A DNA stretch of 63,773 nt, filler included, from Lenisia limosa (lineage: Eukaryota > Protista > Breviatea): the NCBI GenBank assembly GCA_001655205.1. It is 4 parts of 4 records of this genome, joined end to end, with 100 filler letters (N's around TTAATTAATTAA, not from the genome) between each part and the next. Parts side by side here need not be neighbours in the genome. Positions count along the whole stretch, not along the records: positions 34,172 to 43,699 come from LPNZ01011543.1; positions 43,800 to 63,773 come from LPNZ01007945.1; 2 more parts are not named here. One strand, given 5' to 3'. Shown here piece after piece: positions 36,380 through 48,994 of this stretch; the first letter of the stretch is position 1, and each line of letters begins with the position of its first letter. Both the position numbers and the translations under genes were made by a program. The notes under the pieces were generated by a model. That model was not told the origin of the DNA. It worked only from the letters and a program-made list of their open reading frames with translations, and ran no database searches.

Positions 36380-39300
36380 TCAACTTTTGTGATTTGTTAG
36401 GGGTAATCCTTCCCAACCTAATTGAACCTCTGGAATTTGTGCAGGGATATTACCCCATGCTGAGCTGGATACCTGGGGGGGGGGGGNNNNNNNNNNNNNN
36501 NNNNNNNNNNNNNNNNNNNNNNNNNNNNNNNNNNNNNNNNNNNNNNNNNNNNNNNNNNNNNNNNNNNNNNNNNNNNNNNNNNNNNNNNNNNNNNNNNNNN
36601 NNNNNNNNNNNNNNNNNNNNNNNNNNNNNNNNNNNNNNNNNNNNNNNNNNNNNNNNNNNNNNNNNNNNNNNNNNNNNNNNNNNNNNNNNNNNNNNNNNNN
36701 NNNNNNNNNNNNNNNNNNNNNNNNNNNNNNNNNNNNNNNNNNNNNNNNNNNNNNNNNNNNNNNNNNNNNNNNNNNNNNNNNNNNNNNNNNNNNNNTATTT
36801 GCCTGGCGCGTCCACCCAAAACATGTGCTTGTCGATGTTGAGGACACCGTCTATGTTCTGTGTCTGGAGTGTGATGGAGGACAATGGTGGTAGCACCATC
36901 AAGTTCTTTATATTCATGATGCACTGTAGCGGTGAGTTTTGGATAAAGCGCTCTTTCCACTTCCTCCAACCTCATTGAGACAGCTCTCCAACTCGGCTTC
37001 TATTGATTGTGGAGCAGTGACAAGGAGAACAATTCCTTGGGCGTGAAAAGGGAATAATCTCAAAACCAATCCATCAAACCACAGCCTTGGCTTACCAATC
37101 CACCAAATACTACAGCCTTGGCTTACCAGTGGCCTTCAATGAAGGGAACACACTCGTAACAATAAGGTACACAAGAACCATTGCCATCATAGGGTCAATT
37201 CTCATCATGTCCCTGTGGGGGGGGGGGGGGGNNNNNNNNNNNNNNNNNNNNNNNNNNNNNNNNNNNNNNNNNNNNNNNNNNNNNNNNNNNNNNNNNNNNN
37301 NNNNNNNNNNNNNNNNNNNNNNNNNNNNNNNNNNNNNNNNNNNNGCTAAATTTCACCAGACCACAACTTGTCCAAACATACCACTGGTCCAGCACAGCGG
37401 CCAAACTGGCGAAAACTGGCGCTGCAAGTACAGCAATTGAGTGGATGTTTCGCAGGTCTTGAGCTTGCTTGTCAGCCATGTGCGTTTCTTGAAGGGTAAA
37501 ACACTGTATCCACGTTTGTAAATGGAGTCACTAACAATGAAAAATCATTGATCAGATTTATGGATTTTGAAGATGAAAAAACAAAAGTTGTTTTTAAAAA
37601 AATACGCAAAAAAAAAANNNNNNNNNNNNNNNNNNNNNNNNNNNNNNNNNNNNNNNNNNNNNNNNNNNNNNNNNNNNNNNNNNNNNNNNNNNNNNNNNNN
37701 NNNNNNNNNNNNNNNNNNNNNNNNNNNNNTCAAAAAAAAGGTATGTAGAGGTAATCAAAATATTCAGTCACTTTTAAGTACAAAAATGAAACCCATCTTA
37801 CCGCCTCTGATAACGGCAAATTCGGAGTTGTGGAAAACGAAAATTCCGCATAGTCCACAGGTGAAATTGACAAAGGCCTGGATTATGAGAATTGAGGGAA
37901 AATGTCAAAATGCATGCGAGAAATAAAAATGGAAGTCAAGCTATCGCCATAATAATTCGAAGAGGCACCCACCCTCTTACAATAATAAGAATGAAGAGGG
38001 AACATGCCGGTGAAGGGCTCACTATCTCATGTATGGCTGGGAGGAGTTAATCAAAACTCAAGGTTAGCACCGGAAATATTAGCTGCTCTTAACTTAATAT
38101 TTTCATAACATACTTGCATATGCACCCTGCCAAAAGCCTAGGTATGAATCATTTTGATCATAGTAACCAAATATAATTCAAAAACATTAACCTTAGAACT
38201 GGAGCATCAAAGATGGTGAACCAGCTTACCCAGCTTGGTTTTGAAGTAAGATGTATTCATCTGAGAAAATCCCATCACAGAGCCCCCCCCCCCCCCNNNN
38301 NNNNNNNNNNNNNNNNNNNNNNNNNNNNNNNNNNNNNNNNNNNNNNNNNNNNNNNNNNNNNNNNNNNNNNNNNNNNNNNNNNNNNNNNNNNNNNNNNNNN
38401 NNNNNNNNNNNNNNNNNNNNNNNNNNNNNNNNNNNNNNNNNNNAGTGAAGACACAGACAAAAAGGATGAAAAGGCAATTGGTGAAGCCGAGAAGGCATTC
38501 CATCCTCGCATAGCCGTAAGAGAATTCTTCATTGTTAGCACTGTCCAGGCAAAATGTTTAATCTAGCGCAATATTTATAAATAGTATACTTCTTTTGGCG
38601 CTCATTAGTTAAACAAGTTACACATACAACACTACAGGCAAGAATATGAGACGAAGCAACACATCGATTGATGTTGAGAGTATATACCGGGATATTCATG
38701 GTAAAAACAGGTTAAAGGAAAGGCACAAATTTGAGAATAAAATGCTCAACTCATCAAAATTTATGATTCAAAAAGGCTTCTTGAGATGACATCGGTATTG
38801 GTTCAATTGAACTACTGCGATAAACAATCCCATAATCTGCGATGTTTTTGTTATATTGTAGGAACAGTCTGCTTAAAGAACTCCACTAGAAAAGAAGTCA
38901 AAAAGAGGGAACCCCGAGCAACCCCCAAACTGATAGTGCCGCGAATGTCCCTCAATGCCGATGCGTCCGCAAAAAGATTGATCGCAAGTGAGAAGGCGTC
39001 GAAAATCATGAGCATTCCGCTGAGAGCAAGACAGAGGTTGCTGGCTTGGAAGCCCGTCATGAAGCTAACGGCTGCCAGTGCGATCTGCGGTGAAATCAGA
39101 GGAAACCTTAAAACCCTCTTTGCAACCTTTTAATTGGAAAAAAATATCCCTGATCCATACCTGAATAAGAACGAAGGCGCCTTTTGGTTTCGACTCAGAG
39201 CTTTGGGAAATGTGTCTAACTACATCTTTGATCTCCCTTCGAAGCCCTCTCCACTCAGGAACATCATTTTCGCTGTCTAAAGACAAGGACGTGGGTGGAC

Positions 39301-39400
39301 AGGCTGTCACAGGTGGTTCAGGGAAGCTACTGCTACTGCCACTGTGATCAAAACTGGTAAATGACCCCCGGCCAGGGAGCAATCTACTTTCTTCATTCAT
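36380..39400 (-). CDS. Cation diffusion facilitator (SLC30/ZnT6-like) multi-exon gene
   Basis: Segments: MNEESRLL..; IALAAVSFMTGFQASNLCLALSGMLMIFDAFSLAINLF; FSYGYARMECLLGFTNCLF; MRIDPMMAMVLVYLIVTSVFPSLKATG|IVLLVTAPQSIEAELESCLNE; QNIDGVLNIDKHMFW. The SYG..R.E motif and C-terminal IDGV..H.FW are CDF hallmarks. The 3' end falls in or after a gap and is approximate. Confidence 0.85.
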
Positions 39401-39500
39401 AACAGCAACTAATTTGGCATTCTGTCATCAACAGTGGGTGGTAACTTGGAATGTGTTATGCCAGAGTTCCGCTTCAGTACTCCTTTCTACTTTAATATAC

Positions 39501-40126
39501 CTCAGTAATTACCACTTATTAATTACGCTGAGCCTAGAGGTCAAGGTGGTTTCCTCTCCAGTTTTTCTCAAAACACGGTGGCGCACCTCGAGGGCCCTTG
39601 GCCCGATGACTGCGCTGACCCCCTATATAAGTATGCCGACCGTTTGATTTGTTTTGTCCCTCTCCAATCCATCTTGCAGAAGCACTAAGGCGCAGCAAGT
39701 TTGGGTGGTCATTTTGTCCAGTTGTAGAATGGGCCTTACCACTCCCCTGTGGCTGGTTCGCGCGGCTGACCGTTTCGGTTATGTCTCGTGGGTCAACATG
39801 GGATTCATGGAGTGCCTGGCTTCTGGTGATATGGCCCGGTTTAAAGGGGACCTCTTCCAGTCTCGATTACGCTTGGAACCATGAATGAATTTCTTCGTGG
39901 CTCGGCGGAGACTCTTCTCGGTCGCTGGTGCAGCCTGCGGAACTGCGGGGCTTACCCAAGCCCCCTGGTGATGTTGGTCAAGAACAGCTTGGCGCATTTA
40001 TTGCGACAGCTGGCAGCCATACTGGGTTGAGGAGCTGTTGAGTCATAACCCCCGGGTTTATCTTGCATCCCTAAGACCACGCTCTCGCCTGAATGGGCGC
40101 TAGTGGTTGGATGTTAAGCTCTTAAC
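39501..40126 (-). mobile_element. GC-richer intergenic insert with weak TnpB/Fanzor-like traces
   Basis: CKINPGVMT (40041-67), ARHSMNPMLTH and ILQLDKMTTQTCC (39695-39709) occur in RuvC-I, helix, Zn-finger order but across frames. Small hairpins lie at both ends. Speculative. Confidence 0.2.
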
Positions 40127-40603
40127 CCACTCTTGTTCTCTAAAATAAAACAATACATAAGGGAAATAATAAGTAGTTTCTCATTTCAATCAATATACAT
40201 GTATGACAGTCCATTTTTTATCAAACCCATGTTAGACAGTTCTAACGAAGAAATAAATAAATAACATCAAGACTAAATTCAACACTGAAATCAAGTACAT
40301 TCCATACAAGGGGTAGCAGAAAGCACCAATCCACTACCCCATACCATCAGAGCTCAGACCAGGACCCGTGAAGACTCCGGTGGTGGCCTTGGCCTTATAC
40401 CGGACGCGACCAAAAGCGACGACTCGTCATCGGTTCTATTAGGTTATTAATATTATTAGTTATATGTAGAGGTATTTGACCACATCAATGATATGCAAAT
40501 GCAGTCTATGGGAAGTAAGAAGTAAAAATAGTGCCTCGTGTAATTATATATGAAAATAAGCAGAGGTATTGTAAATAAAACAAGCATACGTATTATCTAT
40601 AGT

Positions 40604-42371
40604 TCACTTAGGCTCCAAAAACTGGGTTTGGGATTTATGACTTCGAGTATTATATGACTTCGAGTATATATTTAACGTTAGGAACCCCCATATTAACCAA
40701 GAAACCCACAGCTCATGGGGTGACAAATCTCGCTTCCGGGCTCCTAGAGGCACCACTGCGTCCAATATCCGATCTATGATTACGTTGTAGATGAAACCTG
40801 AATAATAAAGAACCGGGTAGTTGCACTCCATCACTTTTCTTGAGATGTATTTTAGAATTTGGTCAAAATTATGAACCCAATCACCCTAAATCCCCCCAAC
40901 GCACCTGTTACTATACCGCAGCAGGTACCTGCCGCCACCTAAATGGCAATAAGTTGAGGAAATAAAAATCAAAGATCAAAGCAGACTATATAGAGTGCTT
41001 ACTTGGGTTAAAGTATGGTAATGTAGAAGCACTCGCGACATTACAACAACAATCGTGGACGTGATCAGCACAAATATTTGCCACAGCATGAGAGGCGTCA
41101 GTGTGATAGCAGGTACCTTCGTGAAGATATATCGCCTGCTCTGTTATTGAAGAAAACACAATTTGAAGAGAAGTTTAACTCTAATGTATCAAGAAGAAAT
41201 GCGTTTTATAGCACTAGATATCGTAAATATATTTGATAGAACAAGAAGCACATCACATGTATCACAAACCATGGCGCGCGAGGAAGCAGCTTCTTGCGTA
41301 TGGCTATAGAAATCATTACCGCCATCATCACGTGACTGTGTCCGCTTGGCATTCCGTATCCATCTCCACATACTCCTGGGGGGGTCAGGGAAACTAAGAT
41401 ATGTTTTTATAATACTTAATAATACAGATTTATCTGCTATGATCAAAATCAGATTTAAAGAAAAAAAAAAGGTCACTCGTTGAATCAGTACTTTTATTGA
41501 GGTTGATATTTTGAATTAGTGGGTTAATTGCTCAAAAAACAATCAAATAAAACCTTCACTGTGCAGAATTTTAATGAGGCTGGCTTAAAAATGTGAAGAA
41601 TTTGTACCCTACATTCATATATTGAGTGGCTTCTTCAAAAGAAATAGAGCTGCGAATGAAACCATTCCGAAATTAAAATTCTGCACAGTGAAGGTTCGGA
41701 ATGGTTTCATTCGCAGCTCTATTTCTTTTGAAGAAGCCACTCAATATATGAATGTAGGGTACAAATTCTTCACATTTTTAAGCCAGCCTCATTATTGCAG
41801 CATTTCCACCTACGACTTTTGCCCACAAACCAGGTCTTGGCCGTGGCTGCGCTATCAGCCGTTTAAGAATCTAAAATTTAAATTAAATATATGGAAAATT
41901 AGGGAGAAGGTCTCCTCAAAATAACGACAGGTTTATGGACCTCTTTCATTGAAATAGCGACTTGAAGTATACATAGGCGGAAAACATGATGTCACCCCAG
42001 TCACTTCATTAGTGAGCACAGCCATGAGCCCGACAAGAATGGACTTCATGCGGCCACGTGACGGTTTAAATATCCATTGGATGACTATGACAGCCACAAG
42101 AAGATACGGTGCTACAGGCGATAAGAAGGAGCTCCAATTACACTGCAAAATGTTCCCATTTACATCCAGGTTCCCCCCCCCCCCCNNNNNNNNNNNNNNN
42201 NNNNNNNNNNNNNNNNNNNNNNNNNNNNNNNNNNNNNNNNNNNNNNNNNNNNNNNNNNNNNNNNNNNNNNTCATAGTCAGAACTGCACGTCTCGAGCGCG
42301 GTGTAATGCTGGCCATTCCGCTCGTAATGCACGGTGCCTTCGAGGGATGGCATCTGCTGCATTAGAGGCAT
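40604..42371 (-). CDS. PAP2-superfamily lipid phosphatase, DOLPP1/CAX4-like
   Basis: All three motifs lie on separate exons: C1 ILKRLIAQPRP, C2 GYGMPSGHSH, C3 SRVLLHYHTLTQ|VAAG. They are preceded by SFLSPVAPYLLVAVIVIQW..GLMAVLTNE. Start and last exon are uncertain. Confidence 0.88.
41572..41794. repeat. Perfect 100-bp inverted repeat with a 23-nt loop inside PAP2 intron 41376-41830
   Basis: 41572-41671 is the exact reverse complement of 41695-41794 (checked base by base). Confidence 0.97.
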
Positions 42372-43699
42372 ACGATGTTAGAGGGCGTGCTAAATCCCAT
42401 GCGGGGGAGGGGGGGAGGTTACAACATGTCAGAATAAAAATGAATTAAGCTGGTTTTTAAAAACGAATCTTTGCTTATTCTTAACCACCAACTATACCAC
42501 TCTGTAAATACAATTATTGTCACCCGAACCCCCAAACACCGACTAAAAACAGAGCCCCAACCTCCTCACACACGCACACCTCAAACCTCACACCTGTCCA
42601 ATTGAAATGCGCCGCCTGAATAGCCCTGTCGTTGAAGAAGAAACGGGTGGCTTCTAGGTGGCTTCCTTTCAAATCAGGAACAGAGGGTGACTAGAGAAGC
42701 GGAACTTCAAATGGCGAACTGGTTACCAGTTTTAGTATCTCAGATAAGTTCACAATTCTATCAGGGTTAAAGGTTAGGCTCACTAAAACCCTTTGGAATA
42801 CAATGTTGAGGGTGAGGTTGTGAAAAACTTAGCAACTAAAAGCAACTACACCTGCATTCTGCAAAACTTCGCTGCTAGATATAATAATCATATAATAACT
42901 AAAATGATTGGATGGTGTGTGCTGGCACTGGGGTTTCTGGGTGTGTGGCGGAGTAATTCGAATGCTTCACGGTCCGGGGATTTGTGTATTTGTCCGAGTT
43001 TGCAGAAAACGTCAACGTGCCCCCTCTCAAGCACACTATGTATTCAGATGATGAGTTTGATTTTGATAGGACGCGAACAAAGAATCTCCTGCAGCGTAAG
43101 TCCTTCCACTGTTCACTTTGGCCCTCACTCTCTAGGTCAAGTGATCGCGATCTCCTCTGACGACGATGACGCCACTGAGGAAGACCATTCGTCTTCTTCA
43201 GAAAGTGATTCGTCATATTCTGACACTATGCCAATAATTGACACGCGAAAACGGTTGGTTCAACGACAACATAGCAGTCATTCCTTTTCAAGAACAAGAT
43301 ATCTTCTGTTTTGAGATTCCCGTTCAACAATCATTTTCTTCCTTTTTCGATATACTTGGTTTCCCATGTAAATAATGGTAATCTCAACTTTTCCAAAGAA
43401 TCCGAAGGCAATGCTCTGGAGTATAAAGAACTAGCATGCTAGAAAATACCATAATGTGTTCAGAGGAATTCCTGGATCGTTTCTCTATAGTAACCAGACA
43501 TAGCATCTATTCTTCTCCAATATCTCTTATAAGCGTGTGGAAACACCATTGTTCTACTTCGTTTTTCAACGTGTTAAAACAATTAACCCTTCAGCAAGTC
43601 AGGAGCCGCCGTAGCACCACCCAAACGACGAGCAATGGCCAATATGGACGGCGACCAAGTCCTTGGTGGAGGTGGTGGCAGCAGCGGACACGATGATGA

Positions 43700-43799
43700 N
43701 NNNNNNNNNNNNNNNNNNNNNNNNNNNNNNNNNNNNNNNNNNNTTAATTAATTAANNNNNNNNNNNNNNNNNNNNNNNNNNNNNNNNNNNNNNNNNNNN
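43700..43799. other. Artificial contig joint
   Basis: TTAATTAATTAA at 43744-43755 inside a 100-nt N gap. Confidence 0.9.
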
Positions 43800-43945
43800 T
43801 TTCTGTTTCATTTTTCCAATTTCACTCCCATCCCATGACACACATCTAGGTAATGCTCTGCTCCAGCGTCTTGGATGGACCCCTGGTACAGCAGTTGGGA
43901 AGGATAATGAAGGGTGGGTAGAGGATATAGACACGTAGTATATAT

Positions 43946-44148
43946 AGCATCTTCAACCACATCCCGCCAGCATAGTCGCCCTTGGCATCTTCAGCCAGCA
44001 TAGTCCACCTTGGCATCTTCAACCACATCCCGCCAGCATAGTCCACCTTGGCATCTTCAACCACATAGCATAGTCCACCTTGGCATCTTCAACCACATCC
44101 CGCCAGCATAGTCCACCTTGGCATCTCAACCACATCCCACCAGCATAG
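43946..44148. repeat. Minisatellite, 38-nt unit GCATAGTCCACCTTGGCATCTTCAACCACATCCCGCCA with shortened variants
   Basis: About six units, two of them with internal deletions. Confidence 0.9.
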
Positions 44149-44502
44149 TTCCCATTCCCTTGATATCATGATTAACCCCCCTCGTTTTTTTTTTTTTTTN
44201 NNNNNNNNNNNNNNNNNNNNNNNNNNNNNNNNNNNNNNNNNNNNNNNNNNNNNNNNNNNNNNNNNNNNNNNNNNNNNNNNNNNNNNNNNNNNNNNNNNNN
44301 NNNNNNNAAAGCACGGATAGGGCTTGGTTACTAGGTATTTATTTTGAGGTATTATTTTTCTGATTTCACGTTCATTATTTTTCGTTTTACATCATGTTTC
44401 TAGAGAAGAATGTATTATTTATTTTCGTCACTTTATTAGAAAATTGGCCTCTATAAGTGTGTGATGTACAAATAAATTGACCTAGTATACAGATAAAACA
44501 GA

Positions 44503-47500
44503 TTAGTTGTTGGCAAACGCATCAATCTTCTCAAGAAGGGTGTTAGAGTAGCCGGGGGAATAATATCTACACGGTCAGCGACTGAGGATATGTTGATGTC
44601 CTTGGGCTGAACCCATAAAATATACTCCCCTCCCCCTGTAGTCACCCCTTTATTTTCATTTTGTGAACCCCCCCCCCCCNNNNNNNNNNNNNNNNNNNNN
44701 NNNNNNNNNNNNNNNNNNNNNNNNNNNNNNNNNNNNNNNNNNNNNNNNNTCACGGAGCTTACTTCCGGGCTCAGCCTGGAGTGGTAAGAATAACGTCAGA
44801 ACTATGTCCCTTTTAGAGGCTTCACGTTGTTCCAAAAAGCCCAAAATAAAATAAAAAGAGGCAGTTGCTGCTATCCATCCCCACGAACCTGGATTTCCTG
44901 TACTTTTTGAAGGCCTCCAGAAGTCACGAAATTCCTACGGGCAGCAACATCATGGGGGAGAACCTGGGTGGTGAACAGATATTAAATATACGAAACAAAA
45001 CAGTAATAAGAAGAATAAAACACGCATTTGGATGCAGAGAATTGTAGAATGATGAAGGCCAATCCCCCAAAGAGGACGATTGTACTACCCAGACAATAGC
45101 ACACCTTGGCGAATTGGGCAACAACATATTTGAGGACATTGGGAGGGGCAGCGAGAAGAAGCGGTTCAAGCGCGGCAAGGTGGACGCACTTCTGAAGCAC
45201 TGCTTTGAGGGCTCTCTTTGCCTTGGTCTTCAGATCATCACTAGGGGGTCAATACGAATGCTGGCTACAGAAGAGCAAATGAGAATAATTAGCAGATTAT
45301 ATGGAAAGTTCAACCAGGAGGAATATACATGTAGTATATATTTAAAGTATTTCGTTACGCCTCCTGGGATCAACATTAACAATATTATCCAACCTCGACT
45401 CCTCAGCGATATAAGCGGCAAGGATTCTCGGAAGAACGTTAGCGTCAGCGAGGGCTTTGGCGTGATCGGAGGAATGACGTCCCACCTGACCCAAAGACCA
45501 TGCGGCGGCAGCCTTCACGNNNNNNNNNNNNNNNNNNNNNNNNNNNNNNNNNNNNNNNNNNNNNNNNNNNNNNNNNNNNNNNNNNNNNNNNNNNNNNNNN
45601 NNNNNNNNNNNNNNNNNNNNNNTGAAGTGGTAGTAGTGAGGTGTAGGATTGGAAAAAAAAACCAGTGTTGTCATACGTTATAGTGTATTTCCTTCCCAAA
45701 CTCCCACAAAGATCATTTTGCACCATCATCAGCCCACCTTCAGTATCGACCAGGGCGGCGGCAAGAGGCTGTACACCCTTCGCAACAATGACGGCAAGGG
45801 CAAGGGTCTCACTACGAAGTCAAAAAAGAAACATAATGATGAGACAGCAACAGCTCAACGTGATATTAGGTGACGGGTGGCTCCTGCCATTATATATGTA
45901 CCCCACGTGAAGGCAGAGATGTAGCCGAGGGCCATGACGGCTGGGAGGGCCACGTCACCTGAGCTTTCCTGCACAAAGTCCACCAGAGTGGCTGCGCCGC
46001 CGGCGTTAACCACAAGCTGGGCAAGCTGCGGGGGTAAAACACCCTACAAAACAGACAACAACAGAAAAAAAAACTGACATTAAAAGGTAATGGTGCCCTT
46101 TTTTCTACAAAAAATACGAGGAACAAAGAAAACAAAATGGCAATTGGTAGATCTTACTTACCTCAGGGGTATGTTTCACGATTTCTCTAATGAGAGTTGC
46201 AGCGTTTTTGCGAACAAGAGTGTCAGTGTCCTTAAGGCAAACCAAAACCTGAAATGTCAGGATGAGAATGGGTACAGCATATAATAAAAAGAGGAAAAAG
46301 AAAGAAAGGAAACTGGAAGGAAAAGGAAAGTTGTCTACCTTAGGGAAGATCTCTCCTTCAACAACAAGCTCGGCAAGGTCGACAGAATGCTTTGAAATCT
46401 GAAAAGTTACAGGTCACAAGCGCAACGGCAATAAAAAACAGAAGCACACCTGGGCAAGAGCAGAGCAAACTTGGCGCTTAAGTCTGGCGTCAGGGGACTG
46501 TGAAAGGTGAGTAAAGAAGTCGAATTTGCATAATAATAGAAACGCACACTCACCTGAACGAGGGGAGCAAGATAAGCAATTCCGCCTGCGTCAACAACAG
46601 ACTGCGCGAGCTGGATGGTGTCAAACAGACATTCATAGTTATTGCAGCAGTCCTTGTTACCACAGAGGAAAAAAAAAAAAAAAAAANNNNNNNNNNNNNN
46701 NNNNNNNNNNNNNNNNNNNNNNNNNNNNNNNNNNNNNNNNNNNNNNNNNNNNNNNNNNNNNNNNNNCGCTTGAGGGAAAGCTCCGGCTCCTGAACACAGA
46801 GCACGAGAAGGGGTACAGCTCCAACATCGACAACTGACTGTGCCAGTTCTGAGAGGATGAGTAAAAAAAAAGGGGTAAATTTATCCCATGAGAAAAATAG
46901 AATACACCAGGAATGTGAGGGAGGGGGGTGGTTAAGGGTAATATCAAACAATAATAGTAACCTGGGTGTTTCCAACGAAAACCTGGCAACTGTTGTTGGA
47001 TGTTGAAACTGTCAAGAGTGTAAGTACTCAAAAGGAAGACAACCATACCATCCCAACATTTCTTCAACATCTTCAAAGCAGACAAAATAGCATGATTGAC
47101 AAGGGAACAGTTCAGGTGGTATGTACAGAAATCCCACCTCCACTGTGACGGGCGATGTAACCAAGGGCCCAGGCGGCAGATTCCTTCACTCCAGGGTCAA
47201 ACTCCTCCAGACAGGCGGCAAGGGCGTCCACACTGCCACTATCCACAACAGCTTGGGCCAATTGAGGCGAATGTTTGGCAACGGACCTCAAAACAAAAGC
47301 AGCAGCCTTCTTATAAAATCTCTAAGGCTTTTGTGAGAAAGGGAGACAGAAAAATGGTCATAGAAACAAATAGTCCCAACGAAGCGAAACTAGCAACAAC
47401 AATAAAGCATCCCCGAATCCAAAATATAGAATATACCATTAAAGAATCATCAGAACCAACATTTTGCTCTGATAGCGAGTAGACGAGCTGAGGAAGAATT

Positions 47501-47751
47501 TCCCCTGCAACCACGGCCTCTGCGAGTTCCTCATTGTAATTGGCAAGTCTACCAAGAGCAAGGGCAGCTGATTGCTGGATTGAAGGAACCGAGTCAAGAA
47601 GAAGTGGGCGAAGGAGAGCCATAACACCAGCATTTTGAAGTGGTTCAATGTTTTGTGGGCGAGTAGCTAGTTCAGCAACAGTTTGGACAAAGGTAATTCT
47701 TCCTTTTTGGTATGTCTCGAAGACTTGCAAAACACTTCGGGAAGATCCCAT
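44503..47751 (-). CDS. SPAG6: Sperm-associated antigen 6 / PF16, armadillo-repeat central-pair protein
   Basis: MGSSRSVLQVFETYQKGRITFVQTVAELATRPQNIEPLQNAGVMALLRPLLLD..|RFYKKAAAFVLRSVAKHSPQLAQ..|..VRKNAATLIREIVKHTPE|..LQKCVHLAALEPLL..|..VRYYSPGYSNTLLEKIDAFANN*. At least 12 GT-AG-bounded exons; some parts fall in N gaps. Confidence 0.97.
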
Positions 47752-48994
47752 CCTGGCAAACTTCTGAGATTAAATTTAAAACACAATAAACAAGAGACCT
47801 TAAAGAATACAGTTGCTAGATAACGAAAAAAAAAAAAAAAAAAAAAAAANNNNNNNNNNNNNNNNNNNNNNNNNNNNNNNNNNNNNNNNNNNNNNNNNNN
47901 NNNNNNNNNNNNNNNNNNNNNNNNNNNNNNNNNNNNNNNNNNNNNNNNNNNNNNNAAAATCCTTTTACAGGTGTTGATGCCGATGTTGATCTTTTTTAAT
48001 TTTTAAGATAATAAGGTCCTTTCAAAAAAAATATATATCGCCTGCCACCAGACCCTCGTCCAGGATAAAGCCCCCCTTTTCAGTCACACAGGAGGCCTGG
48101 CAGCAGGAATCTGCCCTTGCCTCAAGGAGGACATGAGATCCCTCCTCGACTCCAAGGCACTAGCCAAGCTTCCAAATGCCCTCCTCGACCACTCACTCCG
48201 GGTCTGGTAAACCCGCTGACCTCTTGGAGGCTGGCCCTCCCAACAGACCAGTTGCGGTCCCTGAAAGCCCGTCCGTCGCCATGGACTCCATCGTCACCTT
48301 GGTCCCTNNNNNNNNNNNNNNNNNNNTCTACACCTCTACCGCGCCGCCTCCGACCCACGGACTTCGAATTTGACATCTCATCACAGGCAACCTCACCACC
48401 CACCCGATCATGACCTTCCATGGCCCCACATGTCCGTCGTTCCGGGAGTACCTGACGTACCTCACCTCCCACCATCTCATTAACCTCACCTTTGTCTTCC
48501 AACCTCACCCATAACCACCCTACCAACTTTACCTTTTCTTTCTCTCATACCTCCAGGTACCTATTCGATTAACAACAATTGAATATCATCCCTTTACATT
48601 ATTATGCGATAGGTGAAACCCATAAAACGGTTTGCACTCATATGCAATCACATTGCATTTCAAACGGTTGGCAAAAATGGGCCTGTCTAATTTCGTTAAC
48701 ATTTGTTGGGCCTGAATAGTGTGGCCCAACAAGTCATGGATGGTTTCTGCATCGACGATAGTAGGAGGGCTCCCATCTAGTGTGTGCCACCTCATCGAAA
48801 TTGAACCAATAAATATTAAATAGAAGAAAATTGGAAGAACGAAATACCACAACCACACTGCAACCACAGCCACAAACTGGATAAAAGATAAAAAAAAAAA
48901 AAAAAAAAANNNNNNNNNNNNNNNNNNNNNNNNNNNNNNNNNNNNNNNNNNNNNNNNNNNNNNNNNNNNNNNNNNNNNNNNNNNNNNNNNNNNN

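Noticed and set aside
36380-36978. Several 150-190 aa ORFs in the track
   Set aside because: Their length comes from translated Ns; only the CDF exon pieces are real.
43846-44064. ORF MVEDAKVDYAGG.. as a repeat protein
   Set aside because: The 38-nt unit is not a multiple of three, so the frame changes between units.
45114-45683. 189-aa plus-strand ORF
   Set aside because: It is an antisense shadow of SPAG6 exons and runs through an N gap.
44503-47751. Alternative genetic code (TAA/TAG = Gln) to explain the many broken frames
   Set aside because: Gln codons in SPAG6 exon 1 are all CAA/CAG, SPAG6 ends at TAA and the ankyrin gene ends at TAG. The broken frames are introns or decay.
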